Virus record (IMG/VR): IMGVR_UViG_3300017917_002644
Coordinates: 10,635-74,634 of that record
Length of the DNA: 64,000 bases
Direction: 5' to 3' (one strand)
Source of the DNA: a virus
The notes below the pieces were generated by a model. It was not told where the DNA came from and ran no database searches. It saw only the letters and a list, made by a program, of their open reading frames with translations. Within the stretch, counting starts at the first letter, position 1; each line of letters opens with the position of its first letter. The position numbers and the translations under genes are program-made. This document shows, piece after piece, positions 39,701 to 50,166 of this stretch.

Positions 39701-41870
39701 AAGTTGATACTAAATTTGCCGATGAAGTTACTTCAGTAGAAAATATAAGATTATCTAATGATTCAAAATTAGTAGATTGTCCTTTTACAAAATCAACATC
39801 TATATTAAAGTTTGGTCCTTTTAGTGGAGGGCATTTAATATCATCTTGTTCTGTAAGAACAACCGTTTCAATTAAAGGATTACTCATTAATTTAGTAATC
39901 CAAAAAGTTGAGTTTTCAACTACATTTGCAGGAAGTGGTGTATATAGTTTTAATATTATTGAATTTACAACTTCAGTAACTATTATATTACCAATTTCAT
40001 CTTCTTCTTTTTTAGATAATGTAAAATCATCTGTTTCCCAAGATGAAATTAAAATCTGTTCGTTATTTCCAAAATTAGCTAAATGTGTTAAATACTTACT
40101 ATCTTTTTCAGGTTCAATTACAGTTAAAGTTTCTGCAAATGCATCGTAAATAGATTTTTCTAAGATAGTTTCATCTATTTCAAAAGATGGAAAAACTAAT
40201 TGTGTAGATATTTCATAATCATTACCAATTAATTCTTCTGCACCACTTCTATTGTATGGTTTTAATACTAATGTTATTTTATCAGAACCAACCCAATTTG
40301 CGTAACTTTCTCTTAGTTTTTTAAGATTAATTACCACATCTCCGTTTTGTGGTTGATTTTGGAATAAAGGAGTTAGAGTATTATCTTTTAACTTTAAGAA
40401 AATATCTACACTCGTTGCCGCAAATGTTGAATATGATAAATTGTAATCTATGTTAAAATCTGAAAAAGATGGAATATCTATATTATCAACATATATAACC
40501 TCTGTGATAGATGGGAAATCGTTTATTGCAGTATAAGTAATAATCGTTTCTGCTTTACCACCTGTTCCAAAGTTTTCACTATACGCTACAAATATAACTC
40601 TCTTAGAACCATATACTTCATTAAAATCTTTTTGAAAGAATAATGATACTTGTTTATCTGATGCAGGTACTCTTAGTACTTTTTCAGAAGATAAATAAAC
40701 TAATACATAATCCGCATTTTCAGTTGTAAATGGAATTATGATTTCTTTTTCAGTATCGGATTCTTTTACCCTAACATCAAATTGAGTTTGAGATAAAGTA
40801 ATTGTTGGTTCTTCAAATTTTACTTCTTTTTCTAATATTACTGCAACTGCAATACCACCAGATGTTAATATGTTAGCAGGAACTTTAAATGAACTAACCG
40901 TAGGTGTCCATTTACTGTAATCACCTCCATCCGAATTAACTGCATTTGTTTTTGTAGTATAATAGTAATTTGTTACAGCATATCCAATTGGAATATCAGT
41001 TTGAATATTTACTGCTATTTCCGCATCTTTTATTACAGAGTTTTGTAATTGTTTATTATCTGTGTTACCATCTTGTAATGTTATAACATCTTCATCAACC
41101 AAACCATCTTTGTAGAAAATTTGATAATTCATTTTTACCAAATCTCCTAATTCATTTGTAAAGTTTGATGTAAACGCGATTTCGTAATTTATTATAGTAT
41201 CATCAGAAATTACATCTCTACTATCAGTTGATGTTTGTGTTTTAAAATTTAATGTATATGTACCGTATGTGCTATCATATGGTGTTGTACTTTCTTGCAC
41301 ATAATCAGAACCATTCCAAGTATATTTTTTAACTACCAATTGTTCAGCATATTGATAATCAATAAGAGTTATTGGTTCTTTTATATTGTAATAATAATCA
41401 AAATTATAAAAAGTACCAAATGTATTAAATTGAGATGAAATTACAGTAGGTTCTAATATTGGAACTATTGGTTCTGCAATTACAGTTGTGTCTTGATATT
41501 TTTTTACAATCTCAACTTCATAATAAAATAATGATTTAAGATTTAATGATTCAAAAGTGTAAGTTCTTTTTGAACCAAATGTAGTTGATGGTGAATATAC
41601 AATACTAACCGATGGTCCAATTCCTTTCGATACCCCATCCTCAAAAAACTCACCAGGTATTGTTGCATCTTCTGAAATTAAGTTTATAGTAAGTGGTTTT
41701 TCTGTATCACCTACATATGAAGGTGGAACAAATACCGGATTTATTTCAGTTGGTGGTGTGTATGTGCCACCACCTCCACCACCACTATCGTATTGGAAAG
41801 CAGTATATTCACCAGTACCATTATATACTGATTGAATTCCGTCTTCGTATGCTTCTTTATATATTGACAT
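36717..41870 (-). CDS. Large baseplate protein (1717 aa) with gpI/gp7-like wedge motif and LamG-like region
   Basis: WRRIVNNLPYLLKNRGTRKGIYALLSCYG; IRLG..FVGTVDEFRLW; located in the structural module. Confidence 0.6.
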   Translation of the reverse strand: MSIYKEAYEDGIQSVYNGTGEYTAFQYDSGGGGGGTYTPPTEINPVFVPPSYVGDTEKPLTINLISEDATIPGEFFEDGVSKGIGPSVSIVYSPSTTFGSKRTYTFESLNLKSLFYYEVEIVKKYQDTTVIAEPIVPILEPTVISSQFNTFGTFYNFDYYYNIKEPITLIDYQYAEQLVVKKYTWNGSDYVQESTTPYDSTYGTYTLNFKTQTSTDSRDVISDDTIINYEIAFTSNFTNELGDLVKMNYQIFYKDGLVDEDVITLQDGNTDNKQLQNSVIKDAEIAVNIQTDIPIGYAVTNYYYTTKTNAVNSDGGDYSKWTPTVSSFKVPANILTSGGIAVAVILEKEVKFEEPTITLSQTQFDVRVKESDTEKEIIIPFTTENADYVLVYLSSEKVLRVPASDKQVSLFFQKDFNEVYGSKRVIFVAYSENFGTGGKAETIITYTAINDFPSITEVIYVDNIDIPSFSDFNIDYNLSYSTFAATSVDIFLKLKDNTLTPLFQNQPQNGDVVINLKKLRESYANWVGSDKITLVLKPYNRSGAEELIGNDYEISTQLVFPSFEIDETILEKSIYDAFAETLTVIEPEKDSKYLTHLANFGNNEQILISSWETDDFTLSKKEEDEIGNIIVTEVVNSIILKLYTPLPANVVENSTFWITKLMSNPLIETVVLTEQDDIKCPPLKGPNFNIDVDFVKGQSTNFESLDNLIFSTEVTSSANLVSTYLSSSLVNTDDLNIQYTDGTNYLWSNFVHFSSAKERVDNFVYKVQLIELYDNLILSASTDVYSIGNAAFTSSISSQQEVERQTLKKNQLINGFDGFEKVLFTSSSLSWPHIDLNNRYDSTSTEVANWYENIITLAENYDVNNYNWVQNNIPQYIVNNEENASLLLFLSMIGQHFDNIYYHTKAIEKSRGLGYKSKNGISDKLLFDTLKSLSWDAKNLSSDSKLWNYTFGLDSEGNIKETNPAKQRTNEVWRRIVNNLPYLLKNRGTRKGIYALLSCYGIPSSNLSILEFGGPEVTDTGKSKLLMDNITTVLNMISGSSVEFEWKNTNKNRKPDTIEVFLKPQTSGTYTIISGSGWDVTISGSLNSKYGTVSLNVSESTNLQTLQSNTLPLFNSRYFGIEVSRTTGSASDVTMSLFLKQVDGERTIFSFDDTLELNQSNWENGSTIRLGNDFVGTVDEFRLWSTPLNKDRFFEHVAFPEMINGNSYSSSTEDLYFRLDFEYPKNLALTSSFINVDTNIYFSGSLVRNDYEEGSTAPIYSLNPSASFAASAIGFDSITTYPYQFEAVDRSVVLEIPSIGSSRYSTNKVRFEEQTLVSDLSVKSRATKKSFDQSPVDSNRVGLFFSPTKELNLDIAKSLGGFNLDNYIGDPSNVYKPNYSELDSLRNYYFQRFDGRDIYQYINLIKLYEKSMFEDIKQMLPARVKATTGLLIEPHFLERSKIQHKKPTGELNDWEVTIDKTTEIIGEVSENETLINTLDTYELFGENNQYNADISTNIVENITSENYQYESNINTEDDITIISEFNTYDSVVNTELSDSTKISEIELVNSNIIVGQNDYEVLGFGIYAQSGSAIRTYYDARGNRIKERVRVSVIKEENTRTFTYLTGSISNRLYTEIGTETYYETKINIQPFSGSTIPTVGGKIVEVIPLNGYLKSHYRNTSDLTRGLQNSFYNGSKNTAATTLDGSSPVETFLTNPNTLRVSKAGRDSSEPILEVE

Positions 41871-41889
41871 TTAGTTTACTATAAATATA

Positions 41890-43197
41890 TTATTGTACCA
41901 TTTCTTTTGTTCTATCTTCATAGATGTACCTTTCTTCAAAAAATTGGCCATTATCATAGAAGTATCCTCCTCCACCTCCACCTACACTAACAATTGGTTG
42001 TGGTTCTAAAATGGGTTGAGGTTCAATTACCAATGGTGGTTCTATTACAGGTGTAGGTTCATATATTGGTTGTATTGGTGCAACTGGAGTAGGTTCTGGT
42101 TGAAGAACCGGTGTATCAGTTGGTGGTACTTCTGTTACAGGATATGTTACAATCGGTGGTTGTTGTGATGTATCATCAAATGTAACTGATACTTTATCGG
42201 GTGAATAAACATTTCTTTTAATGTCAACCGGTGTTTGAAATTTATCAACTGTATCTTTTATTTCTTTTCTTAATTCTACAACAGAAAACTCTTTAGGTAT
42301 TGATTTAAGAGTAATATCCCTTCTTTTAATTGTTTTTATGTTGTTATTTATAGAAGTGTATAAAATCTTTTGAGTTTCTGCCAATAATTGTTCAAAATCA
42401 TATTGTTCACAATCTTCAAATCTTTTTGGTAAAGCAGGTTTTCCGTAATTTGATTGAGTTATATCATAATGCTTATTTTCCAACCAATATGTAACACTTT
42501 CTTTAAAATTTAAAAATATACGATTTCTAAATCCTTCAAAATTAGAAATTCCAAAATCTTTTTTAAGAACAGATAAAAAATCATTACCAAATTTTGAAAT
42601 AAGAACATCGTTTATTTTTGAAATACTATTTAGTTCAAAAGAATCCAAAGTGTCTAATATTCTTTTTTTATAATATTTGAAATCCTGATTTAAGTTATTT
42701 ATATTAAAAAAATCTTTTCTGTTTTTTTGAGTTATAACTTCATCACTAACTTTTAATGGTAAGATACGAACTTCTTCTCTCGATGGAGAGATTTCTTGCA
42801 CCCACACTCTGGTCAATTCATTATCTGAACCCACTCTGTTACGAACAAAGTTTATGTTTACTTTAAGAATACCGTTTGTAAATCCTAAATTGTTTAATAA
42901 TTTTTCTACATCAATAGCAAATTCTTTTTTACCAGATGTGGTGGTAACATTATACATATAATTTTTAATATCACCTGTTTTTATGTAGGCAACATTATTA
43001 CCTGATTTTTGTGGAAGTAAATTATTATTTACATCGTAAACAGATACTTCCATTACATCGTATTTACATTCACCAAAATCAGTATCTTGGATTTCTTTTT
43101 TTGTGACAATAAAGAAATCTTCATATTGAAGGAATTTACCCTCATTATCAACATTTCTATTTATATCATCAATATTTGTATATTTTGTAATACTCAT
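41890..43197 (-). CDS. Hypothetical structural protein with Pro/Glu-rich and Gly-rich C-terminus
   Basis: Long ORF in the baseplate operon. Confidence 0.55.
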   Translation of the reverse strand: MSITKYTNIDDINRNVDNEGKFLQYEDFFIVTKKEIQDTDFGECKYDVMEVSVYDVNNNLLPQKSGNNVAYIKTGDIKNYMYNVTTTSGKKEFAIDVEKLLNNLGFTNGILKVNINFVRNRVGSDNELTRVWVQEISPSREEVRILPLKVSDEVITQKNRKDFFNINNLNQDFKYYKKRILDTLDSFELNSISKINDVLISKFGNDFLSVLKKDFGISNFEGFRNRIFLNFKESVTYWLENKHYDITQSNYGKPALPKRFEDCEQYDFEQLLAETQKILYTSINNNIKTIKRRDITLKSIPKEFSVVELRKEIKDTVDKFQTPVDIKRNVYSPDKVSVTFDDTSQQPPIVTYPVTEVPPTDTPVLQPEPTPVAPIQPIYEPTPVIEPPLVIEPQPILEPQPIVSVGGGGGGYFYDNGQFFEERYIYEDRTKEMVQ

Positions 43198-43203
43198 AAT
43201 CTA

Positions 43204-44319
43204 TTAATAAGATTTAGGATGTGCTATTCTTAAATTGGTTTTATATTGTTTTCCTTTTTCAGTACCATCACTTCTTTTAACGTTTATATCGAATGTACCA
43301 GTGTATTCTTTGGTACTACCTCTTTTACTCCAGCTTCCCATTCCGGATGGTATCCATTTTAATGTTATTTTATCTGTTCCACCCGCAGGAATTGTAAATG
43401 ATGTTTTTGGAATTGAAAACCAATCTCTTCCGGTTGGGAAATTGTGTTTCAATGTTACTGTTACATCGGAATTATCGTTGTTTGTGAATTCCATAGTTTC
43501 ACCCGCAACCCAAGCATGCGCATTATCTCTTGCGTTTTTGAATTTAAGTTTAATATCACCATCTTCTACTGGAGAAGGTGTAAACTTAACAATCACAACA
43601 TCATTTATAACATCACCACCAATTGCTGCTGCTAAATTAGAAGCAGATTGTTGAATTGCTTGTTGATTTTGCACTGCTCCTAATTGAGATTGTAAACCTT
43701 CAATAATTGCGTTTAATGAATCTACTAATTTAATAAGTGCTTCAATCTGTGCTTTGAATCCTGTATTTTGAGATTGTAGTGATGCTCTCAATATTGATTC
43801 CTCTACCGATTTTTGTACTGCGTTTTGTATTTGGTTTGCAAAATCTTGTATAGTTGCAGATAGGGTATCTAACTGATTTGCCAATGCATCATTAGATTGT
43901 TCAATTGCCAATCTGTTATTTATTTCAGTTTGTATTTGTCCTTCTAAATCTGCAATAGTTGTGTTTAGGTTTGTAACTTCAGTAGTTAAATCCGCAACTT
44001 GCTGTCTTAAATCTTCATTTTCCGCAACTTGCTCATCGTAGATAGGTCTTGGAACTAAATCTCTTCTTGTAGCAGGTATGTTGGGTTTTAATTCTTTAAC
44101 CTCAACATCAATTGCTTTTACCAACTCCTCATTATCGTATTTATCTTTATGTAATGGTTTAAATACTAAAGAAGTTGCTACATCGGTTTCATCAACCACA
44201 GTTATTCCATAATCATTTTTAGAAATAGCAGCAGAACCCGATACCTTTAGAATATCTTCCAAAAGTTCTTTTCTTTTTTCTTCTAATTTCTCAGCAATTG
44301 CTTCTAAAGATGTTGCCAT
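43204..44319 (-). CDS. Coiled-coil protein with C-terminal Ig-like domain, probably structural
   Basis: Long heptad region, then a beta-rich tail (FTIPAGGTDKITLKW). Confidence 0.55.
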   Translation of the reverse strand: MATSLEAIAEKLEEKRKELLEDILKVSGSAAISKNDYGITVVDETDVATSLVFKPLHKDKYDNEELVKAIDVEVKELKPNIPATRRDLVPRPIYDEQVAENEDLRQQVADLTTEVTNLNTTIADLEGQIQTEINNRLAIEQSNDALANQLDTLSATIQDFANQIQNAVQKSVEESILRASLQSQNTGFKAQIEALIKLVDSLNAIIEGLQSQLGAVQNQQAIQQSASNLAAAIGGDVINDVVIVKFTPSPVEDGDIKLKFKNARDNAHAWVAGETMEFTNNDNSDVTVTLKHNFPTGRDWFSIPKTSFTIPAGGTDKITLKWIPSGMGSWSKRGSTKEYTGTFDINVKRSDGTEKGKQYKTNLRIAHPKSY

Positions 44320-44320
44320 T

Positions 44321-45388
44321 TTATACTATTTCAAATGTAGATTTATCATCTATAATGTATTCAATTCCACTTTGAATTACTTTAGTTTTTAACAAATAAG
44401 TTCTATTTTCTGGCAATGTATTCAAATCCATTATGAAATAACTACCTCTTTCATCACAACTTAATTGTGTATATTCACCAAATGGAAATATTACCTCTTG
44501 AGTAACGTAATCCTCTAACTGATAATAAGATGATGTTGGTAAATGACTCGTATTATCGTAATCAAAAAATCCGCTAAAAGTTCTTAAAGGATATAACTCT
44601 CTACCTTTTACTCTAACTTTTACTTTACCATCTTTTGGATATCTTGCTTTTAAATTTGAATAAACAACTTTAAAGTTTTCTTCAGGTATTTCATTAAGTG
44701 AACCTGTTGTAAATGAAAAATCATTCCAAACTAATTCCAATTTAGGTTCGTATATAGTATGAGTTTCTTTTGAGAAAAATTTTAATACACCATAATCTAA
44801 TGTATCGTTTTCATTATTTAAACCATGATGAACTATAAATCCATTATTAGGTAATGAACCACTAACCCATAAAGATACTATACCACTAACATCCATTCTA
44901 ACATCATCCGGCTCATAGTTGTATGATTGAGATGATTGAGATGCGGTGTACCAAGTTCCACCCTCTGCGTTTGCAGACCCAGTTGTCCCTGCAGTAAACA
45001 CTGCCGTTCCTGCTACAACATTATCTTGCCAAGTATCGGTTCCATTTCTATATTTCCAACTTACACCATCTGATGTTATATTATCAAATTTAGTACCAGT
45101 TCCCATAGTCCAACTTTGAGAAACTGCATTAGCGTAAATTGTATATTCTAATGGGATTTCTTCTGAATTTGCAGATTTTAAATTTAAGTATGCTTTCCAA
45201 CTTCCACTTATTTCTGAAATTGAAGATGATATTTCTGTTAAATTAAATTTAATTAAAGCTCTTGCTATATCTTTAGATGAACCATAATATAATTTACCTA
45301 CTTCTAACACCTCATCTCTTCCTGCATTTTGGTCTGGTTGTTGTAAGTAAATACTTGCATCGTACTGTGATGTGAATAATTTATGCAT
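44321..45388 (-). CDS. Virion structural protein (DNRLRE-like beta domain)
   Basis: DASIY..RALIKFNL..NNGFIV..FFSKE..PKLELVW pattern. Confidence 0.55.
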   Translation of the reverse strand: MHKLFTSQYDASIYLQQPDQNAGRDEVLEVGKLYYGSSKDIARALIKFNLTEISSSISEISGSWKAYLNLKSANSEEIPLEYTIYANAVSQSWTMGTGTKFDNITSDGVSWKYRNGTDTWQDNVVAGTAVFTAGTTGSANAEGGTWYTASQSSQSYNYEPDDVRMDVSGIVSLWVSGSLPNNGFIVHHGLNNENDTLDYGVLKFFSKETHTIYEPKLELVWNDFSFTTGSLNEIPEENFKVVYSNLKARYPKDGKVKVRVKGRELYPLRTFSGFFDYDNTSHLPTSSYYQLEDYVTQEVIFPFGEYTQLSCDERGSYFIMDLNTLPENRTYLLKTKVIQSGIEYIIDDKSTFEIV

Positions 45389-47415
45389 TATAGAGCCCTC
45401 CCTTTTATATCTTTATTTGGATATTTAACTTCAAAAACGCAAGGGTCTAAAGATGGATATACCATTTTACCAACCGTTGCTTCATCTATGTTGTAACGAT
45501 TTTCAGAATAGTTTTCACCATTATCCGATTTACATATATTATAAACTTTAACAGATGGAACACTCATTACACCTTCAATATTTGCAAGTAATAATTCTAT
45601 CTCTGAAATGTTTATTGGTTTGTTGAAAGTCCATTTATCTATATTAAAGTAATCTTGCATTTCAGTTAAACACGCTGCCAAAACTTCTCTTTTATTATAA
45701 TTTGAATAAGTAATAATTTCAAAATCAACACCTATATTTACAATAAATCCATCTATAATATTTACACCATCTGTCAACATTCTGTATTCACTTAAATATG
45801 TTTTTAAGTTTTGTTTAACTGCAGAGTTTAATTGTGTTAGTTTTTTATTTGCATCATATCCTAAAACGTACATATTGATTGCAAATGGATTATTCACTTC
45901 TGAAATTGCCGTTTTCTTTTGAGAAAGATATTTAACTAATTCTTTTTGTATTTCGGATGTTGATTTATCTTTCAACCCCTCTACTACACCAACAAACTCT
46001 GCTATATTTTTAGGGGAAGCTAATATAGATGATGGTGAATTATTATCAATCTCTCCATCAGGAGAAACGTAAACTTTTGAAACACTACCATATCTTTCAG
46101 GCATTGATAATGCTCTAACTACATAATCTTGTCTTGTTACTGCTCGGTTTTGTGAACCAAATGCAGCTAATGCATTTTGTCTAATTTCTTCAATACTCTC
46201 ACTACCTCTTCCACCAACCGCGGCTTCTAAATTTTCAACCGCAACCGATTGTTTTATTGTTAAATATAATGATTGATTTTCAACCGATAGTAAATCTTCT
46301 TCAAATTCTATTCTTCTTATTGTTGTTAAATCACCAACATTTACGTTTGATTCAACTCCACCTCCAACTAAATATTTTACAGTTAAGGTTTTATTTACAG
46401 GTGTTATTCCGAATGTATTTGTTTTTAAGAAATTTGATGGGTCAATACCATCATTTAATCTTTTTATAGAATTTGCCAATCCTAATCCAATATTCTTAGT
46501 GTTTGGTAAAATAGTTTCATCGGCAAGATTTACATCACCACTACCAAATTGTAAATCAACAGTATTATCAGTATTTACTTTTACTGAATATCTGTATGGT
46601 ACTTTTTGAACTTCTAAAATATATGGTACTGCTGTGTTTTGTGTACTTAACTGCCCATTTTCTTCAGTATTTGGTTTTTCAACAAATATACTTTCTTGTG
46701 CCAAATAAGGGACCTCATACCATTTAGTTGCTCCATCATCCGATGTTACAGATGATACTTCTATTACGTTTGTATCGGTTATTGTTACCGATGGATATTC
46801 TGTATAATCACCAAAAGTAAATTGAGTTTCTCTTTCAGTTGCAGATATTGCTTTTACTTTTTTAGTTACCAAATAAAATGTTGGTTCTCCTGTTGTAACA
46901 TCTCTTTCATAAACATCAATTTCTCTTTCTGTTTCATTTGCAAAATCTATACTATCAACTGTTCTAAAAATTATATTTGAATTAGTTGTTGCTGTTACTT
47001 CTAATCCATCTTTAATTTTAATATAGTATGCCGAATCTGGTCTATTGTTTTGACCAGTTCCTACCGATGGTACTAATTGATATACAGTTAAAGTAGTTAC
47101 TGCAGGAGTTGTTACTTTTGGTTTATATCCCATAGTTTGAGCCAATGCAATAACATTTTTTCTCTCCGTTGCATGAGATAACATTGATTCTTTAAGTTGT
47201 GTATCCTGATAGAATGAAAGAATATCTCCTATCGCAGCTGCCTGTTCAATGAACACCATACCAGGAGATGCTTCATTGAAATCGGAGTAAGTATTTGGAT
47301 AGTAAGTTTTTGTAAAATCAATAAGAGTTTGTTTTAATGCTACAAAATCTTTACCAACATAATTTATATTCTTATTGTTACTACCAAAACTTTTATTTAT
47401 AGGTTTTATTGCCAT
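45388..47415 (-). CDS. Baseplate wedge subunit (T4 gp6/BplJ-like)
   Basis: KDF..LK..L, DFNEASPG, LQFGSG, GGRGSESIEEIRQNA, QNRAVTRQDY. Confidence 0.9.
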   Translation of the reverse strand: MAIKPINKSFGSNNKNINYVGKDFVALKQTLIDFTKTYYPNTYSDFNEASPGMVFIEQAAAIGDILSFYQDTQLKESMLSHATERKNVIALAQTMGYKPKVTTPAVTTLTVYQLVPSVGTGQNNRPDSAYYIKIKDGLEVTATTNSNIIFRTVDSIDFANETEREIDVYERDVTTGEPTFYLVTKKVKAISATERETQFTFGDYTEYPSVTITDTNVIEVSSVTSDDGATKWYEVPYLAQESIFVEKPNTEENGQLSTQNTAVPYILEVQKVPYRYSVKVNTDNTVDLQFGSGDVNLADETILPNTKNIGLGLANSIKRLNDGIDPSNFLKTNTFGITPVNKTLTVKYLVGGGVESNVNVGDLTTIRRIEFEEDLLSVENQSLYLTIKQSVAVENLEAAVGGRGSESIEEIRQNALAAFGSQNRAVTRQDYVVRALSMPERYGSVSKVYVSPDGEIDNNSPSSILASPKNIAEFVGVVEGLKDKSTSEIQKELVKYLSQKKTAISEVNNPFAINMYVLGYDANKKLTQLNSAVKQNLKTYLSEYRMLTDGVNIIDGFIVNIGVDFEIITYSNYNKREVLAACLTEMQDYFNIDKWTFNKPINISEIELLLANIEGVMSVPSVKVYNICKSDNGENYSENRYNIDEATVGKMVYPSLDPCVFEVKYPNKDIKGRAL

Positions 47416-47419
47416 TTAA

Positions 47420-47857
47420 TTAATTATTTATGGTTATATTTACTGTTTCTGACAAATTAGGATTAGAAGTAAGAGAAAACTTAACCTCTAAATTTACTCT
47501 ATTTGTATCTATATCGTTTTCATCGTAATCAAATACGATTTCATCTATGTTTAAATAAGGTAACCATTTACTAACTGCATCTATAATAGTATTTTCTATT
47601 TGAGTTTCAATTTGTCCTTCAACAATTGGTTCAAATAATATTCTCCAAACATCACATCCAAAATCAGGATTCATTAACCTTTCACCTTTTTTTGTTAAGA
47701 TTAAATTTGTTAAATTATCTTTTGCTTGAGTTAGTGTAGTATAATTCACAGGAAAAATACCTCCTTTATCGGAAGTTCTGTTTAATCCTATACCTAATAC
47801 TTTGTATTCGTTTTCTGTTAAATCGGTTACGTTTACCTTACCTAACTCTATTGCCAT
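47420..47857 (-). CDS. Baseplate protein gp25-like (GPW/gp25)
   Basis: NLILTKKGERLMNPDFGC..LFEP..WLPY. Confidence 0.9.
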   Translation of the reverse strand: MAIELGKVNVTDLTENEYKVLGIGLNRTSDKGGIFPVNYTTLTQAKDNLTNLILTKKGERLMNPDFGCDVWRILFEPIVEGQIETQIENTIIDAVSKWLPYLNIDEIVFDYDENDIDTNRVNLEVKFSLTSNPNLSETVNITINN

Positions 47858-47863
47858 AATTTA

Positions 47864-48355
47864 TTAAAATCTTTTAACCAATTCAGTATAATCTCTGGTT
47901 AATGCCTTTGTTATCGCATCTGTTTCTGTATTCATAGGAATATTTCCACCATGCAAATCTGCTCCTCTGAAATCCATAGTTTCCCACTCATCATCCATAC
48001 CCATTTCCGGTTGTAGTGAATCTAATACACTCGGTGCCGCACCCTCTGCTCTTTGTGCAGAAGTAAATGGTGTGGTTTGATTTAATATCTCATTTAAAAC
48101 CGGGTCTTTAGTAAATTCTCTTTGTTGTACTGGTCTTTGTTGTGTTGGAATAACACTCTGTCTTTTTATAGGAGCAGTAGCGGTTACTTCCGTTAATTCC
48201 ATCAACGAAGTAGATTGTTTCTTTTGTGAGTTTAGAGTAACTGCACCAGATTTAATAAGTTTACCCAATTGTTCTTTAAGTTGTTCTTTAACTTGTGCTT
48301 TCACTTCGTTTTTTACAACTTCTTTAATAAGGGTCAATAAAACGTCTGATTTCAT
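47864..48355 (-). CDS. Hypothetical protein
   Basis: ORF preceded by TATTTATA (48377-48384). Confidence 0.7.
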   Translation of the reverse strand: MKSDVLLTLIKEVVKNEVKAQVKEQLKEQLGKLIKSGAVTLNSQKKQSTSLMELTEVTATAPIKRQSVIPTQQRPVQQREFTKDPVLNEILNQTTPFTSAQRAEGAAPSVLDSLQPEMGMDDEWETMDFRGADLHGGNIPMNTETDAITKALTRDYTELVKRF

Positions 48356-48398
48356 AAAAATTGTTGTTTTGTTAGTTATAAATATAATAAGTTAAAAT

Positions 48399-48947
48399 TT
48401 AATCAGGTATTTGATATCCTTTCCATTTCACTATTCCTGGTGCAGGTGGTGCAGGTGGTGGATATTGTGCTATAACACTGTAAGTTCCGGATACGGTAGT
48501 TAAATGTAATTTAGCTGAATTTATAAATGCGTTTAAGAATTGTTCGGGATTATTATTTGGTGGAACTTTAATTGATGTCCATTTTCCAGGATTTATAACA
48601 ATTCCCGCAGTTGTAGATATATTTTTAATTGAACCCGGAGCGGGTATTTTTGGTGGTGGAAATTTTGACATTTTACCACCAATCCAATAAATAATAACAG
48701 CAGGACCAACTACTTCTAAAAATGTTACAACTTTTGCTTTTTGAGTTTGTTCTAAAAATCTTATAATAGATTCTTGCATCAATATAGGATTACCCTTTGC
48801 TAAAGGAACACCGTTTGCAGGGTCTTTGCCTGATTTAACTGCGGTATCATATGCAAATGTAAATGCTTTAGCAAAATCACTAATACTTTTGTAAGAGTTA
48901 TTCTGCATCTGTGGCAATAATGTTTTTTTGAATGTACCCCAAGACAT
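48399..48947 (-). CDS. Hypothetical Pro-rich protein next to the spike gene
   Basis: ORF in operon; PPPAPPAPG C-terminus. Confidence 0.65.
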   Translation of the reverse strand: MSWGTFKKTLLPQMQNNSYKSISDFAKAFTFAYDTAVKSGKDPANGVPLAKGNPILMQESIIRFLEQTQKAKVVTFLEVVGPAVIIYWIGGKMSKFPPPKIPAPGSIKNISTTAGIVINPGKWTSIKVPPNNNPEQFLNAFINSAKLHLTTVSGTYSVIAQYPPPAPPAPGIVKWKGYQIPD

Positions 48948-48950
48948 AGT

Positions 48951-50165
48951 TTATTTACTTAAAAAATTTCTTGCAGATAGTAAAGTTTTTAACTTAGATT
49001 TAATTGAATTAAATTGAGCAGAATTTGTTGGTGCAACGGATGATGGACCGGATGGTGTCAAATATTGTTGTTTATTTATTGCATCAATTAATTCTCCTAA
49101 TATTTTTACTAACTCTCCACCTAATACCATTTTTTGAACATCTGCCCCAGCATCACCTTCACCTGTATTTTTTCCTAAAAATATTTTACCATTTTCTGAA
49201 TTTAAAAATATTTGGTTTGCTCCTGCTGAATGGATTGTTACTTTGTTGTTTGAGTGTAGGTAAATTTCCTTTTCTGCATCTATTGAATAATTACCATCTG
49301 TTACTACACCCGTATTACCTCTACCAAAAATAATAAATTCGTATGCTTTTGATGAAAGTACAACTCTATCAGAATTTATAAAAACTTGGTCACCACTTAA
49401 ATCTTTTGAGTTTGGAAAATCTTTAAATCCTACTCTTGTTTTTTTTACAGTTTCTACAAATGGAACTTTAACTTTATTTGATGTTATGTAAATAGATGAA
49501 CCATCTTTGTTTATATCTTCATCAACCAATTCTCCAATTTTTTTAGAATCTAACTCTGGATTTTGTTTGTTACGAATGAATATTGATGGAGATGATGTTT
49601 TACCATCTTCGGTTAAATGGAATTCACTAAAACGAATTGTGTTACCAACTCTACCACTTATAATAGTATCACCTTCTTTTGGGTTTAAGAATTTTATTTT
49701 TTCTTTTACCTGATATTGTTTTTCCTGTGATTTAGTTTGAGTTGGTGTCTGGTTTGGTGTTCCTGTATTTTTAGTTTCTTTATATTCTTTACTTTTATCA
49801 TCACCACTAACCTTTTCAACTTTCTTTTCTTTTGTTGCTTCAGAAGTTTTGTAATCTTCTCTATAATTTGGATAATGTGTTATTGAATATGGCATCCAAT
49901 AATAATCGTTTCCTATTTCTATTATTAAAACAGTTTCACCAACTATTGGAAATGTTATATTATTTTTATCAAATGGAAAAGCGTATCCTTCTAATTTAAT
50001 AGAGTATTCTCTACTAAACTCAACTACTCCTAAAAAACGAACATCATTATCATCAAAATTGGAGTTATTATTATATTTTTTAATAAAATCTCCAGTTTTA
50101 TCTAATTTCTTATCCGATTTAAGATATACTTTTGTTACAGATGCTAAAAATGTTTCTTTTATCAT
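48951..50165 (-). CDS. Baseplate central spike/hub (gp5/VgrG-like)
   Basis: OB-fold FPIVGETV, EGDTIISGRVGNTIRF, beta-helix-like region, VLGGEL..TPSGPS tail. Confidence 0.65.
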   Translation of the reverse strand: MIKETFLASVTKVYLKSDKKLDKTGDFIKKYNNNSNFDDNDVRFLGVVEFSREYSIKLEGYAFPFDKNNITFPIVGETVLIIEIGNDYYWMPYSITHYPNYREDYKTSEATKEKKVEKVSGDDKSKEYKETKNTGTPNQTPTQTKSQEKQYQVKEKIKFLNPKEGDTIISGRVGNTIRFSEFHLTEDGKTSSPSIFIRNKQNPELDSKKIGELVDEDINKDGSSIYITSNKVKVPFVETVKKTRVGFKDFPNSKDLSGDQVFINSDRVVLSSKAYEFIIFGRGNTGVVTDGNYSIDAEKEIYLHSNNKVTIHSAGANQIFLNSENGKIFLGKNTGEGDAGADVQKMVLGGELVKILGELIDAINKQQYLTPSGPSSVAPTNSAQFNSIKSKLKTLLSARNFLSK

Positions 50166-50166
50166 T

